A stretch of 64,000 bases of DNA from Nitrospirae bacterium GWF2_44_13 (GCA_001805105.1 MHEE01000015.1:294024-358023), one strand, 5' to 3'. Positions 1 through 9,475 are shown, counted from the first letter of the stretch. Numbers and translations are program-made. The notes: generated by a model not told the origin, from the letters alone.

Positions 1-234
1 ACTTTTGTAGGCAGCGATAACTTCCCAGACCTCAATCCCGCTGCCGGCAATCCGCGCCCTGCGCCCTGCAGTTCCCTCACTGAAAACAATACCGGGACAG
101 CGCTGCATTCTCACCGCTTCCTCAAGCAGTTCATTCGTTACAGCAGAAAACTCCTTCCCTGACTCTCTGACCATCTGCTCAATCTCTCTAAATGTTTTTT
201 CCTGAATTCTTATGCTTCTCTGAACCGTTGGCAT
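1..234 (-). CDS. DUF433-type antitoxin-like protein (partial, runs off window start)
   Basis: ATG at 234 with AGGGAGGAG RBS; reads MPTVQRSIRI...RCPGIVFSEGTAGRRARIAGSGIEVWEVI, a DUF433-like motif; absent from the ORF track because truncated. Confidence 0.7.
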   Translation of the reverse strand, partial: MPTVQRSIRIQEKTFREIEQMVRESGKEFSAVTNELLEEAVRMQRCPGIVFSEGTAGRRARIAGSGIEVWEVIAAYKS

Positions 235-337
235 AAACTTCTCCTCCCTGCTTTAACAATTGAACTACAGCGTAATACAATAGACTACAACATGAGGTCA
301 ATGCATGTCAAATGATTAATGACGATATAAGACTGCT

Positions 338-790
338 TTAAATCTCAATTATCACAGCGTCTTCATCGCATTCAGGGAAACGGGGACATCTGAGGCAGTC
401 TCCCCATATCTTCTGAGGAAGCTTTGACTTGTCAATGGCTTTAAAGCCATTCTTCAGAAAAAACTCAGGCTGATAAGTCAGAGCAAACACCCTTTTTATC
501 CCGAGTCCTTTTGCCTCCTTGAGGCATATTTTCAAAAGCCTGTTTCCTATCCCCTTGCCCCTTGATCCTTCTGCAACCGCAAGCGACCTTATCTCCGCAA
601 GGTCATCCCATAATATGTGAAGCGCGCTTACTCCTTTTATCCGCCCGCGGTCTTCGCATACAAAAAGGTCTCGGATACTTTCATAGAGGTCATTTAAGGA
701 ACGCGGCAGCATTTCCTCTTTTTTTGCAAATTCATTTATAAGCCGCTGAACCTCTCTAATATCAGATATTTTTGCTTTTCTTATCTTCAA
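338..790 (-). CDS. argA: Short GNAT N-acetyltransferase (ArgA-type amino-acid acetyltransferase)
   Basis: MLPRS..LYE, AEIRSLAV, LPQKIWGDCLRCP..CDE motifs. Confidence 0.8.
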   Translation of the reverse strand: MKIRKAKISDIREVQRLINEFAKKEEMLPRSLNDLYESIRDLFVCEDRGRIKGVSALHILWDDLAEIRSLAVAEGSRGKGIGNRLLKICLKEAKGLGIKRVFALTYQPEFFLKNGFKAIDKSKLPQKIWGDCLRCPRFPECDEDAVIIEI

Positions 791-1343
791 TATATCTCCT
801 GCCCTTTACTATTGCCTCTTTGTTTACGCCAAGGGCCTTTTTTCTTTTCTGAGGGGTAAGCTCGTCAAGCGCGCTGACTGCTGATTCTTCTTTTATTATC
901 CCTGTCTCCGCAAGCAGGGCGCTGAGCATCACCATGTTGGCGCATTTCGTCCCTCCGATTGAGGCAGCTATTTCACTTGCAGGGACATCAACAACGCGCA
1001 CATCAGAGCGCAGTTCAGGTTTTTTTATAAGGGATGACTCAAATATTAAAATTCCGCCGCTCTTCAGCCTCGGCTGAAATTTATCAAGGGATGCCTCGTT
1101 CATTACTACAAGGATTTCTGGATTTCTTACAACCGGAGAGCCTATCATCTCGTCAGAGATAATCACAGTGCAGTTTGCAGTGCCGCCGCGCACTTCGGCT
1201 CCATAAGAAGGAAACCAGGTCACCTCCCTGCCTTCAAGCATGCCTCCGTATGCAAGCAGCTTGCCGAGGAACAGAATGCCCTGCCCTCCGAATCCTGCTA
1301 CCATTATCTTATGTTCCAAATCATACCCCCTATGACTCGCCAT
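762..1343 (-). CDS. 2-oxoacid:ferredoxin oxidoreductase gamma subunit
   Basis: AGFGGQG, PSYGAEVRGG motifs; true start may be slightly downstream. Confidence 0.9.
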   Translation of the reverse strand: MASHRGYDLEHKIMVAGFGGQGILFLGKLLAYGGMLEGREVTWFPSYGAEVRGGTANCTVIISDEMIGSPVVRNPEILVVMNEASLDKFQPRLKSGGILIFESSLIKKPELRSDVRVVDVPASEIAASIGGTKCANMVMLSALLAETGIIKEESAVSALDELTPQKRKKALGVNKEAIVKGRRYIEDKKSKNI

Positions 1344-2076
1344 ATTTATCCTTAAATGTACCGAGAGGGAAAACAGGCATCATCTCAGAACGCATCCAGT
1401 TTATGGACTCCTCAGCGGACATTCCCCAGTCAGTCGGACACGGGAACAGAATTTCCACAAAGCTGAATCCCTTGCCCTCCATCTGATACCTGAATGCCTT
1501 CTCAACATTTTTCTTTGTCGTCATAAGATTTTTTACAGAGTCCACCGAGTTCCTTGCAATAAACGAAACGCCATCAATAGTTGCAAGCATTTCAGAAACA
1601 CGCAGAGGATAGCCTGATGTTTTGACGTCTCTGCCCCTCGGCGTGGTGGTAGTCCTTTGTGAGATAAGCGTTGTCGGCGCCATTTGTCCGCCTGTCATAC
1701 CGTATGTGGCATTGTTTACAAAGAAGACAGTTAAGTTCTCGCCCCTGTTTGCGGCGTGGATTATCTCTGCGGTGCCGATTGCGGCAAGGTCACCGTCACC
1801 CTGATATGAAAATATTATTTTATCAGGCATAACCCGTTTCAGCCCTGTCGCTGCTGCAGGGGGCCTTCCGTGCGCCACCTCAAGAATATCAAAGTTGAAA
1901 TAGTCATAAGCAAAAACAGCGCATCCGACAGGCGCAATTCCTATGACTTTCTCCCTGATATTAAGCTTGTCTATGCACTCTGCAATAATCCTGTGTATCA
2001 GGCTGTGTCCACAGCCCGGGCAGAACCTGAAAGGCACAGGTTTAAGGCTTACCGGTCTTTTGAATACCTTTTCCAT
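1330..2076 (-). CDS. 2-oxoacid:ferredoxin oxidoreductase beta (TPP-binding) subunit
   Basis: FCPGCGH, GDGD...NN..YGMTGGQ TPP motif. Confidence 0.92.
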   Translation of the reverse strand: MEKVFKRPVSLKPVPFRFCPGCGHSLIHRIIAECIDKLNIREKVIGIAPVGCAVFAYDYFNFDILEVAHGRPPAAATGLKRVMPDKIIFSYQGDGDLAAIGTAEIIHAANRGENLTVFFVNNATYGMTGGQMAPTTLISQRTTTTPRGRDVKTSGYPLRVSEMLATIDGVSFIARNSVDSVKNLMTTKKNVEKAFRYQMEGKGFSFVEILFPCPTDWGMSAEESINWMRSEMMPVFPLGTFKDKYGES

Positions 2077-2086
2077 AAAATTTAAA

Positions 2087-3013
2087 CTATGCGCTCCTTT
2101 CAGAAAGTTTTATGAGCACCCCTTCAAGCAGTCCATCGTCACTCACAAGAATATTAGTAAATCCGAATAATTCCATGATATTAATTGTAAAGAGTATGCC
2201 GGGGATAATCAAGTCTGCCCTTTCCGGCTCAAGTCCAATCATCTTTTTTCTCTCACTGAGAGAAATACTTATAAGTCTCTCTGAAATATCATAGAGTTTT
2301 TCTATCGAGATATTATGCCTGTGGATTTTTTCATGGTCGTAACTCTCAAGCCCAATATCAATAGCTGCAGTTGTTGTAATAGTTCCTGCTGTTCCGATAA
2401 AAACTGTCCTGCTGTTTATAAGATGCCCTATCTGCGTTTTGAGTCCGCTTAAGACAGTATCTGATTCCTTTTTTAGAGAGAGAATATCATCTTTTGACGG
2501 AGGGTCCGATTTTATGTACTTGTCAAAGAGCTTTACAACGCCTGTCGGAATTGTCCCAATTTCAAGAGGAGATGAATTTCGGCAGAAAATCCATTCAGCG
2601 CTTCCGCCGCCGATGTCAATAATGAGAGACGAATCCGCCTCCGGCATGTCAAACATAACACCACGCGCCGTAAGCTCTGCCTCCTCTTCGCCTGAAATTA
2701 CTTCTATGTCTATTCCTGTTTCCGCTAACACTCTTTCTCTGAACTCCTCCGAATTTTTAGCTTCTCTTAATGCGCTTGTACCGACGGCTCTTATATGAGA
2801 AATATCATAAGCCAAAATAATATCCGAAAAAGCCTTCAGGACAGATATTGATTTCTCCACGTTGTCAGGATTCAGCAATCCTGTCTCTGCAATTCCTGAG
2901 GCAAGTCTTGTAATCACCATTTCTGTTTTGCGACGAATAACCTTTCCGCCCTCCACTCTGCCGATAAGCAGGCGAATTGTATTTGAACCAACATCTATTG
3001 ATGACAACAGCAT
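2087..3013 (-). CDS. Ppx/GppA family phosphatase
   Basis: IDVGSNTIRL, TSALREA, DIGGGSAE motifs. Confidence 0.9.
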   Translation of the reverse strand: MLLSSIDVGSNTIRLLIGRVEGGKVIRRKTEMVITRLASGIAETGLLNPDNVEKSISVLKAFSDIILAYDISHIRAVGTSALREAKNSEEFRERVLAETGIDIEVISGEEEAELTARGVMFDMPEADSSLIIDIGGGSAEWIFCRNSSPLEIGTIPTGVVKLFDKYIKSDPPSKDDILSLKKESDTVLSGLKTQIGHLINSRTVFIGTAGTITTTAAIDIGLESYDHEKIHRHNISIEKLYDISERLISISLSERKKMIGLEPERADLIIPGILFTINIMELFGFTNILVSDDGLLEGVLIKLSERSA

Positions 3014-3039
3014 TGTTTATTATAACCTGAAAGAAAATA

Positions 3040-3216
3040 AGGAGGCTGTGTCTGGATTGAGGCAAGATTCACGGGTCTGTCAGAATAGGGGCTGAAGTCG
3101 CAACAAAGTGGAGCGGATAGCCCCGCATGAGCACTTGTAATTGCATCTATATAGTATTAACGCCTGTAATTTTACAATGGTAGTTTAATATTGCCTAAAG
3201 ATAGATATAGCCTCCT
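3040..3216. repeat. Structured ~175-bp intergenic element, copy 1 (MITE-like or ncRNA)
   Basis: Terminal inverted repeat AGGAGGCTGTGTCT/AGATATAGCCTCCT; shares CTGGATTGAGGCAAGATTCACGGGTC and GGTAGTTTAATATTGCC with 54673-54842. Confidence 0.75.
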
Positions 3217-3267
3217 ATAAATCGTATTTAAGTTGAAATAATCATGCGATGAAACTTAAAATACCCT

Positions 3268-4146
3268 ATGAACTCCCACATCCAGAAATTTCTGCGCTAT
3301 CTTGAAGTAGAAAAAGGCGTGTCCCCTCACACACTCAGGGCATACAGGAAAGACCTTGGGGCCTTCTACAATTATGTCAAGACAAAGACAGAAAACATAG
3401 AACTGAATGACATCAGAGGATTTGTTGCCGAAGAGATAAATTCAGGGCACAAAAAGACCACCGCAGGCAGAAGGCTCGCGGCAGTAAGATCGTTTCTTAA
3501 ATTTCTTTACCGCGAAGGATATATAAAATCAAATCCTGCAAAACTCGTCCCTACGCCAAAACTGCCGAAAATGCTGCCGAAATTTCTCTCCGTGGATGAC
3601 GTCTTTTCTCTCGTGGAAAAACCGGAAGGAATAGGTTTCCTGCCTGCAAGGGACAGGGCCATCCTTGAACTCCTGTATTCAAGCGGCCTTCGCGTAAGCG
3701 AGCTTTCAGGGCTGAATGCTGATGACATAAATACAAGAGAGGGGCTCGTTAAGGTTAAAGGCAAGGGAAAAAAAGAGAGGATAGTTCCCGCAGGCAGAAA
3801 GGCATTAGAGGCGATGAAGACATATTTCATTGAAAGGGTTTTGCTTAAAAAGAAGGATGGAGCGTTCTTCCTTAACAGAAACGGAGCAAGATTGACAGAC
3901 AGAAGTATAAGACGTATAGTAATCAAGTATGCAAAGGCAATCGGCGTTAACAGCCGCATCGGGCCTCATACTCTCAGGCATACCTTTGCAAGCCATCTTC
4001 TTCAGGGCGGCGCAGACTTGAGAGTAATTCAGGAGCTTTTAGGACATTCGTCGTTGTCAACAACACAGAAATATACGCATCTGGACATAACGCATTTAAT
4101 GGATACTTATGACAAGGCGCATCCATTGGCAAAGAAAGAGAAATAG
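3268..4146 (+). CDS. xerC: Tyrosine recombinase XerC
   Basis: SGLRVSE, HTLRH, LLGH, TQKY catalytic motifs; upstream of hslVU. Confidence 0.9.
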   Translation: MNSHIQKFLRYLEVEKGVSPHTLRAYRKDLGAFYNYVKTKTENIELNDIRGFVAEEINSGHKKTTAGRRLAAVRSFLKFLYREGYIKSNPAKLVPTPKLPKMLPKFLSVDDVFSLVEKPEGIGFLPARDRAILELLYSSGLRVSELSGLNADDINTREGLVKVKGKGKKERIVPAGRKALEAMKTYFIERVLLKKKDGAFFLNRNGARLTDRSIRRIVIKYAKAIGVNSRIGPHTLRHTFASHLLQGGADLRVIQELLGHSSLSTTQKYTHLDITHLMDTYDKAHPLAKKEK

Positions 4147-4219
4147 GTTAATGGGTGAATAGGTTATTCGGATTAAACATTTTTGCGATTCACCCATTCA
4201 CCGATTCACCTATTCACCG
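4142..4219. repeat. Octamer palindromic repeat, family B (intergenic)
   Basis: AATAGGTT-AATGGGTG-AATAGGTT arm followed by (NATTCACC)x4 arm. Confidence 0.85.
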
Positions 4220-4233
4220 AGAGAGGAGCAATT

Positions 4234-4761
4234 ATGTTTAAGGGAACAACAATATTATGCGTGAGGCGTGACGGAAAGGTTGCCATTGCCGGAGACGGCC
4301 AGGTGACAATGGGCAATACTGTCTTGAAACACAATGCAAAAAAGGTAAGGACCATGTACGACAATAAAATCATTGCGGGTTTTTCAGGCGCAACAGCAGA
4401 TGCATTCACTTTGTTCGAGAGGTTTGAGGCAAAGATAGAATCATACCGCGGCAATATCAAAAGGGCTGCCGTAGAGCTTGCAAAAGACTGGCGAACGGAT
4501 AAGATTTTACGGAGGCTTGAGGCGCTTCTAATCATTGCCGATAAAGAGCATACATTTATAATCTCCGGCACAGGCGATGTTATTGAACCTGAGGACGGGG
4601 TTGCTGCAATCGGTTCGGGGGGACCTTACGCTCAGGCAGCTGCAAAGGGGCTCTTTGAAAATACAAGCCTCTCCGCAAGAGAGATAGTTGAGAAATCAAT
4701 GAAGATTGCATCTAATATATGCATATACACCAATGAGAATATAACTATAGAGGAACTGTAG
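4234..4761 (+). CDS. hslV: ATP-dependent protease peptidase subunit HslV
   Basis: MFKG-TTIL N-terminal Thr, GDGQVT, GSGG; start moved to ATG 4234 after AGAGGAG RBS. Confidence 0.95.
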   Translation: MFKGTTILCVRRDGKVAIAGDGQVTMGNTVLKHNAKKVRTMYDNKIIAGFSGATADAFTLFERFEAKIESYRGNIKRAAVELAKDWRTDKILRRLEALLIIADKEHTFIISGTGDVIEPEDGVAAIGSGGPYAQAAAKGLFENTSLSAREIVEKSMKIASNICIYTNENITIEEL

Positions 4762-4812
4762 ACTAGAAATTATGCATGATACGGAGAGTTTAAAATATAA
4801 ATAGGAGTTGCA

Positions 4813-6189
4813 ATGGAAAACCTTACGCCGAGAAAAATAGTAGAAGAGCTGGATAAGTATATAATCGGCCAGAACAAGGCCAAAAAAGCAGTTGCAATCG
4901 CTTTAAGAAACAGGTGGCGAAGGCTGCAGCTTTCCCCTGAGTTAAAAGACGAGGTGCTTCCCAAAAACATAATCATGATCGGGCCTACAGGCGTCGGAAA
5001 AACAGAGATTGCAAGACGCCTCGCAAAGCTTGCACATGCGCCGTTCCTAAAGATTGAAGCCTCTAAGTTTACAGAGGTAGGCTATGTAGGCAGAGACGTT
5101 GAATCAATGATCAGAGACCTTACAGAAATTTCACTAAATATGGTTAAGTCAGAGCATATTGAGAAGATTCAGGAAAAGGCAGAATCCCTTGCAGAAGAAA
5201 GGCTCCTTGACGTTCTGCTTCCTTCCCCAAGATCCGCTGCAGGTCGCCACGGGCGACTCGCCGAAGAGAGCGGACGGGGCATAAGCATTGAAGATGAGGA
5301 GAAAGAAAGGTATAAAGAGACGAGAGAGCGGCTCAGGCAGCAGCTTAAAGAAGGCAAACTTGATAACAGATATGTGGATGTAGAGGTAAGAGAAAAGGTA
5401 ATGCCATTCGGCGTAATCTCAAACGTAGGGCTTGAAGAGATTGAAATAAACCTTAAAGAGATGCTCGGAGGGTTAATCCCTGAAAAAGCAAAGAAGAAAA
5501 AAGCCAAAGTGCCGGAGGCATTAAGACTACTCGTGCAGGAAGAGGCAAACAAACTGATTGATATGGACAAGATAACAAAAGAGGCTATTGAGAGGGTTCA
5601 GCAGACAGGGATTATCTTCATAGACGAGATTGACAAGGTTGCAAGCAGAGGACATGCTCACGGCCCGGACGTGTCAAGGGAAGGCGTTCAGAGAGACCTT
5701 CTTCCTGTTGTTGAAGGCACAACTGTAACAACAAAGCACGGCCCCGTGAAAACAGAGCATATACTCTTCATAGCAGCAGGAGCATTCCATATGTCAAAAC
5801 CCTCAGACCTCATCCCCGAACTTCAGGGAAGATTTCCCATAAGGGTTGAGCTTGACCCATTGGGAAAAGATGAATTTGTGAGGATTCTTACAGAACCCTA
5901 TAATGCGCTCACAAAGCAGTACACGGCGCTGCTTGCAACAGAAAATGTAGAGATAAATTTCAGGAAAGATGCCGTTGAGGAGATAGCAGGCATTGCGGCA
6001 ACCGTAAATGAGAAGACAGAAAATATAGGCGCAAGAAGGCTGCATACGGTGCTTGAAAAACTCCTTGAGGATATATCCTTTGAAGCTCCTGAAAAAAAGA
6101 ACGGCAAACTTCCGATAGACAGGGAATATGTGAGAGCCAAACTCGCTAATATTGTGAAGGATGAAGATTTAAGCAGGTATATACTTTAA
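4813..6189 (+). CDS. hslU: ATP-dependent protease ATPase subunit HslU
   Basis: [20 protein letters not shown]-terminal DLSRYIL. Confidence 0.97.
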   Translation: MENLTPRKIVEELDKYIIGQNKAKKAVAIALRNRWRRLQLSPELKDEVLPKNIIMIGPTGVGKTEIARRLAKLAHAPFLKIEASKFTEVGYVGRDVESMIRDLTEISLNMVKSEHIEKIQEKAESLAEERLLDVLLPSPRSAAGRHGRLAEESGRGISIEDEEKERYKETRERLRQQLKEGKLDNRYVDVEVREKVMPFGVISNVGLEEIEINLKEMLGGLIPEKAKKKKAKVPEALRLLVQEEANKLIDMDKITKEAIERVQQTGIIFIDEIDKVASRGHAHGPDVSREGVQRDLLPVVEGTTVTTKHGPVKTEHILFIAAGAFHMSKPSDLIPELQGRFPIRVELDPLGKDEFVRILTEPYNALTKQYTALLATENVEINFRKDAVEEIAGIAATVNEKTENIGARRLHTVLEKLLEDISFEAPEKKNGKLPIDREYVRAKLANIVKDEDLSRYIL

Positions 6190-6191
6190 AA

Positions 6192-6268
6192 CAAGATGCA
6201 GGATACAGGATACAGGATACAAGATACAACCCGCAAGAGATATATCTTGCATCTTGCATCATGCATCG
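6192..6268 (+). repeat. Heptamer palindromic element, family A copy 1 (in rlpA N-terminus)
   Basis: CAAGATG-(CAGGATA)3-CAAGATA ... TATCTTG-CATCTTG-CATCATG. Confidence 0.9.
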
Positions 6269-6996
6269 TTCTTTTTTTAATCACGGCTTTTCTCACTTCC
6301 TGCGGTGCACCAAGATACGGATACTACGAAGATTATCCCAAATACGAAACCCAGCCGAAGGAAAGCCCTCAGGAGACAAAACCATCAGGCACAAAACAAC
6401 CTGATGCAATACAGCCTGAGACAAAATATATAGTTGCCTCATGGTATGGGCCTGATTTTCATGGAAAGCTAACATCATCAGGCGAGCCTTATAATATGTA
6501 TGCAAATACATGCGCGCATAAGGAATATCCTTTCGGGACAAAGTTGAAAGTAACAAATATCTCAAACAATAAAACAACCGACTGCACCGTGACCGATAGA
6601 GGGCCCTTCATTCAGGGAAGGGACTTAGACCTATCCTATGCCTGTGCAAAAGAGATTGAGTTAATAGGACCGGGAACCGGAAAAGTAAGAATTGAACCGC
6701 TCGGAAGGGACATGCGGTATATAAAATATATAAAATATTCTCCATTGGGAGGCAGCGGGCCGTTTACAATACAGATAGGCTCATACAAAGACCTGTCTAA
6801 TGCCACACGCATGAAGGCGTCGCTGGAATTTAAATACAGCAAGGTGTATATAACGGAAGCGGAAATAAGCGGCAGCAAATACTACAGGGTAAGGGTCGGC
6901 AAGTTCAATTCAAAAGACGATGCATTCACCCTCGCAAAAACACTTGCGGATGAGGGATATAACACGCTGATTGCACCTTATGAGGAAAGGATATGA
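6196..6996 (+). CDS. rlpA: RlpA-family septal lytic transglycosylase lipoprotein (DPBB + SPOR)
   Basis: LTSC lipobox, ASWYG..FHG, DRGPF, DLS motifs, C-terminal SPOR (IQIGSY, YRVRVG). Confidence 0.88.
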   Translation: MQDTGYRIQDTTRKRYILHLASCIVLFLITAFLTSCGAPRYGYYEDYPKYETQPKESPQETKPSGTKQPDAIQPETKYIVASWYGPDFHGKLTSSGEPYNMYANTCAHKEYPFGTKLKVTNISNNKTTDCTVTDRGPFIQGRDLDLSYACAKEIELIGPGTGKVRIEPLGRDMRYIKYIKYSPLGGSGPFTIQIGSYKDLSNATRMKASLEFKYSKVYITEAEISGSKYYRVRVGKFNSKDDAFTLAKTLADEGYNTLIAPYEERI

Positions 6997-7676
6997 AATC
7001 AGGCATGAAAAAACTTGATGAGATTGTCAGATTTCACGGACACATCTGCCCCGGGCTTGTGCTCGGCTACAGGGTATCAGTGTTTGCCCTGAAAAATCTC
7101 GGCAAGCGGTCCAAGGATGAGGAGATTGTCGCAATCGTAGAAAATAACTCATGCGCCGTTGATGCTGTTCAGGTTATGACAAACTGTACATTTGGAAAAG
7201 GCAATCTTATTTTCAAAGATTACGGTAAACAGGTTTACACTTTTATTAAAAGGCCTTCTGGCAAGGCAGTAAGAATCTCAATTGACTGGACACCTTCTCC
7301 TGAAACAGAAAAACAAAAAGAGATGTGGCAGAGGTATATGAAGGGCAGCCGTTCAAAGGAAGTTCTGAAAGCAGTCCATCAAAGAAAAACAAAGAAAATA
7401 GAGTCCATCTTAAAGACGTCTGATAAGGATTTGTTTAAAATAAAACACCTGAAGATGCCGCTGCCTGAAGAGGCAAGGATATATCCGAGCGTAAGATGCG
7501 AGAAATGCGGTGAGAAAACCATGGAGCCGAGACTGAGGGTAAAAAATGGGAAGACGGTGTGTATCCCTTGCTTTGAGGGAAGGGGATTAAGTGGTATCAG
7601 GGAAAAGATGGCAAGCCTCGGCATTACCGAAAAAGACATTGCCGATGCGGTTAAATGGGCGAGAAAAAGAAGTTAA
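6993..7676 (+). CDS. FmdE-family protein with C-terminal Zn finger and extra antitoxin-like tail
   Basis: FHGHICPG, C..DAVQ..T.CTFGKGN, CEKC...CIPC. Confidence 0.85.
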   Translation: MKSGMKKLDEIVRFHGHICPGLVLGYRVSVFALKNLGKRSKDEEIVAIVENNSCAVDAVQVMTNCTFGKGNLIFKDYGKQVYTFIKRPSGKAVRISIDWTPSPETEKQKEMWQRYMKGSRSKEVLKAVHQRKTKKIESILKTSDKDLFKIKHLKMPLPEEARIYPSVRCEKCGEKTMEPRLRVKNGKTVCIPCFEGRGLSGIREKMASLGITEKDIADAVKWARKRS

Positions 7677-8077
7677 GGGTCGTCCTGGATACGAATGTCC
7701 TTGTATCCGCATTGCTGTTCAAGGGCAAACTCTCAAATATAGTTGACCTGTGGGAAAGAGGCAGAATAATCCCGCTAATCTCAAGAGAGACCTTTGAGGA
7801 ATTCAAGAAAGTTATTGCTTATCCAAAATTTTCCCTGACCGCAAGTGAGATAAGGACAATTATTGAGGAGAATATTCTGCCCTTTTTTGAGGTTGTAGAG
7901 GCAAATGAGGCAATAAGGGATGCTTGCAAAGACCGTGACGACGATAAATTCCTTTCATGCGCTGTTTCTGCGAAGGCAGCCTATCTTGTAACAGGAGATG
8001 CTTATTTGCTGTCAATGAAAAACTTCAGAGGCGTAAAAATTATCACTCCGAGAGACTTTGAGGCGTTGTTTGATTGA
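7655..8077 (+). CDS. PIN-domain toxin (VapC-like)
   Basis: RVVLDTNVLVSA, D.DDDKFL.CA, LVTGD. Confidence 0.88.
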   Translation: MGEKKKLRVVLDTNVLVSALLFKGKLSNIVDLWERGRIIPLISRETFEEFKKVIAYPKFSLTASEIRTIIEENILPFFEVVEANEAIRDACKDRDDDKFLSCAVSAKAAYLVTGDAYLLSMKNFRGVKIITPRDFEALFD

Positions 8078-8109
8078 TTCCCTCGCCCACTTAAATCCGA
8101 GAGATGTCT

Positions 8110-8895
8110 CTATGTTTTTCCTAGTAATGCATTTTCTAACGCCCACTCATCAGCCAATGATTTTATTAATGCATCCTCATTAAGATACATTGTATATCTA
8201 TTGATATTCATTTCACTCAGTTCTTTCATTAATTTGGCTTTGACATCTTTACTTATTGTAATTTCACGTAGCACATGTTCATTGCTTTTGCTTTCAAATA
8301 CTTTTCTGAATGTTATAAATTTCCATTCAGAATCATATTCTGTGGGAATAAGATATTGTGACTGTTGAGCAAAATGGCGTTTCCCCGCTTCCACGTATCT
8401 GCCAATTTTCCTTAAGCCTGGAACGTTATTTCCTCCAATTGTAAATTGAGGAGGTGAATATAAAAAGGTTTTTCCATCCTTCTTATCACCTTGATTAAAA
8501 TCTTCGCATGCAAAAAATAGGGCTATGAAACACGAATTCGAAAAATCAACCAAAGGAGTTGGAAATCCATGATGCCTTAAATATGCCAAATACTCCATTT
8601 CAGGCAATTCCCATGACCCTTGGTCATATTCCTTAAAATCAAATGGGTATCCTCTGCTCGTAGATTTTCTTTCATATCGATTTTCAATAAGTGGATTAAT
8701 AAGGGGTTTATATCTATCAATTATTCTATAATATTTTTCACATGCAATTACCTCGATTCCATGCCTCTCAAGCGATGATTTAATCTCCCAGCCACAGTTA
8801 CTTTGGCCCCTGAAAAGGGCTACTCGTTCATTGCCGAGTTCACATTTAAATTTTAAAATTTCTTCTCTGTAATCTCTTATTGTTTCAACCATCAC
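8110..8895 (-). CDS. FRG-domain protein
   Basis: LFRGQ, HHGFPTPLVDFS, ALFFAC, AQQS motifs; visibly AT-rich. Confidence 0.85.
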   Translation of the reverse strand: MMVETIRDYREEILKFKCELGNERVALFRGQSNCGWEIKSSLERHGIEVIACEKYYRIIDRYKPLINPLIENRYERKSTSRGYPFDFKEYDQGSWELPEMEYLAYLRHHGFPTPLVDFSNSCFIALFFACEDFNQGDKKDGKTFLYSPPQFTIGGNNVPGLRKIGRYVEAGKRHFAQQSQYLIPTEYDSEWKFITFRKVFESKSNEHVLREITISKDVKAKLMKELSEMNINRYTMYLNEDALIKSLADEWALENALLGKT

Positions 8896-8982
8896 TGTAA
8901 TTTTTTCCGAGGCACCATACCGGTTTCTTATTTCCCCGTCCCTCTCCCAAATCCTGCCCGCATTATAACAGAAAAATAAAAA

Positions 8983-9025
8983 AATGGTGAATAGGGGAAT
9001 AGGTGAATAGTGAATAGAGGAATTA
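8983..9025. repeat. Octamer repeat, family B (intergenic, single arm)
   Basis: AATGGTG-AATAGGGG-AATAGGTG-AATAGTG-AATAGAGG. Confidence 0.75.
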
Positions 9026-9027
9026 GC

Positions 9028-9282
9028 TTACAGTTTATAAATCTCTCGTCTATGTCCTACGGCTTTAATGACAATTGCATCTGCCTCAATTATATAAACG
9101 ACACGCCAGTCGCCAACTCTTAATTTAAACTGTCCCGACATATCGCCAGACAAGGGGTCCGGAGTTATGCTGTTGAAATGCTGCGAGAGCCATGAAATTT
9201 TATTAAGGATGCGCTTTACAATAGGATGGTCTATTATTTGAAGGTCATCTAAGGCTTCTTTTTCCCATTGAACCTTAGGCAA
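9028..9282 (-). CDS. RelE/ParE family toxin
   Basis: KLRVGDWRVVY, VGHRREIY. Confidence 0.9.
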   Translation of the reverse strand: MPKVQWEKEALDDLQIIDHPIVKRILNKISWLSQHFNSITPDPLSGDMSGQFKLRVGDWRVVYIIEADAIVIKAVGHRREIYKL

Positions 9283-9475
9283 ATCTCTTTAATACCTCTT
9301 CGTGGGCAATTCTCTTTGAGGGGTTTTTAAGCCTGTGTTCCAACTTAGCTTTAAACTCTTTTTTCAGATGAAGACCTGAATCGGGGTTGCCAATTATCTC
9401 AAGAAGTTTTTGCTCTACTATCTGTTCAACATCATCTATTGTCACCGCTTTTGCCCTTGCCATATACACCTCCAA
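9275..9475 (-). CDS. Probable antitoxin for the RelE toxin
   Basis: Small ORF overlapping the toxin start; PDSGL.LK.EF motif. Confidence 0.7.
   Translation of the reverse strand: MEVYMARAKAVTIDDVEQIVEQKLLEIIGNPDSGLHLKKEFKAKLEHRLKNPSKRIAHEEVLKRFA

Noticed and set aside
3268-4146. Tyrosine recombinase as a prophage or integron integrase
   Set aside because: Size, motifs and xerC-hslV-hslU context indicate housekeeping XerC; no phage genes nearby.
4183-4233. N-terminal extension [12 protein letters not shown] on HslV
   Set aside because: A strong RBS precedes ATG 4234 and HslV needs a near-terminal Thr; this repeat copy is treated as intergenic.
4773-4781. Single GCATGATAC unit between hslV and hslU
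   Set aside because: One unit only; cannot be distinguished from chance.
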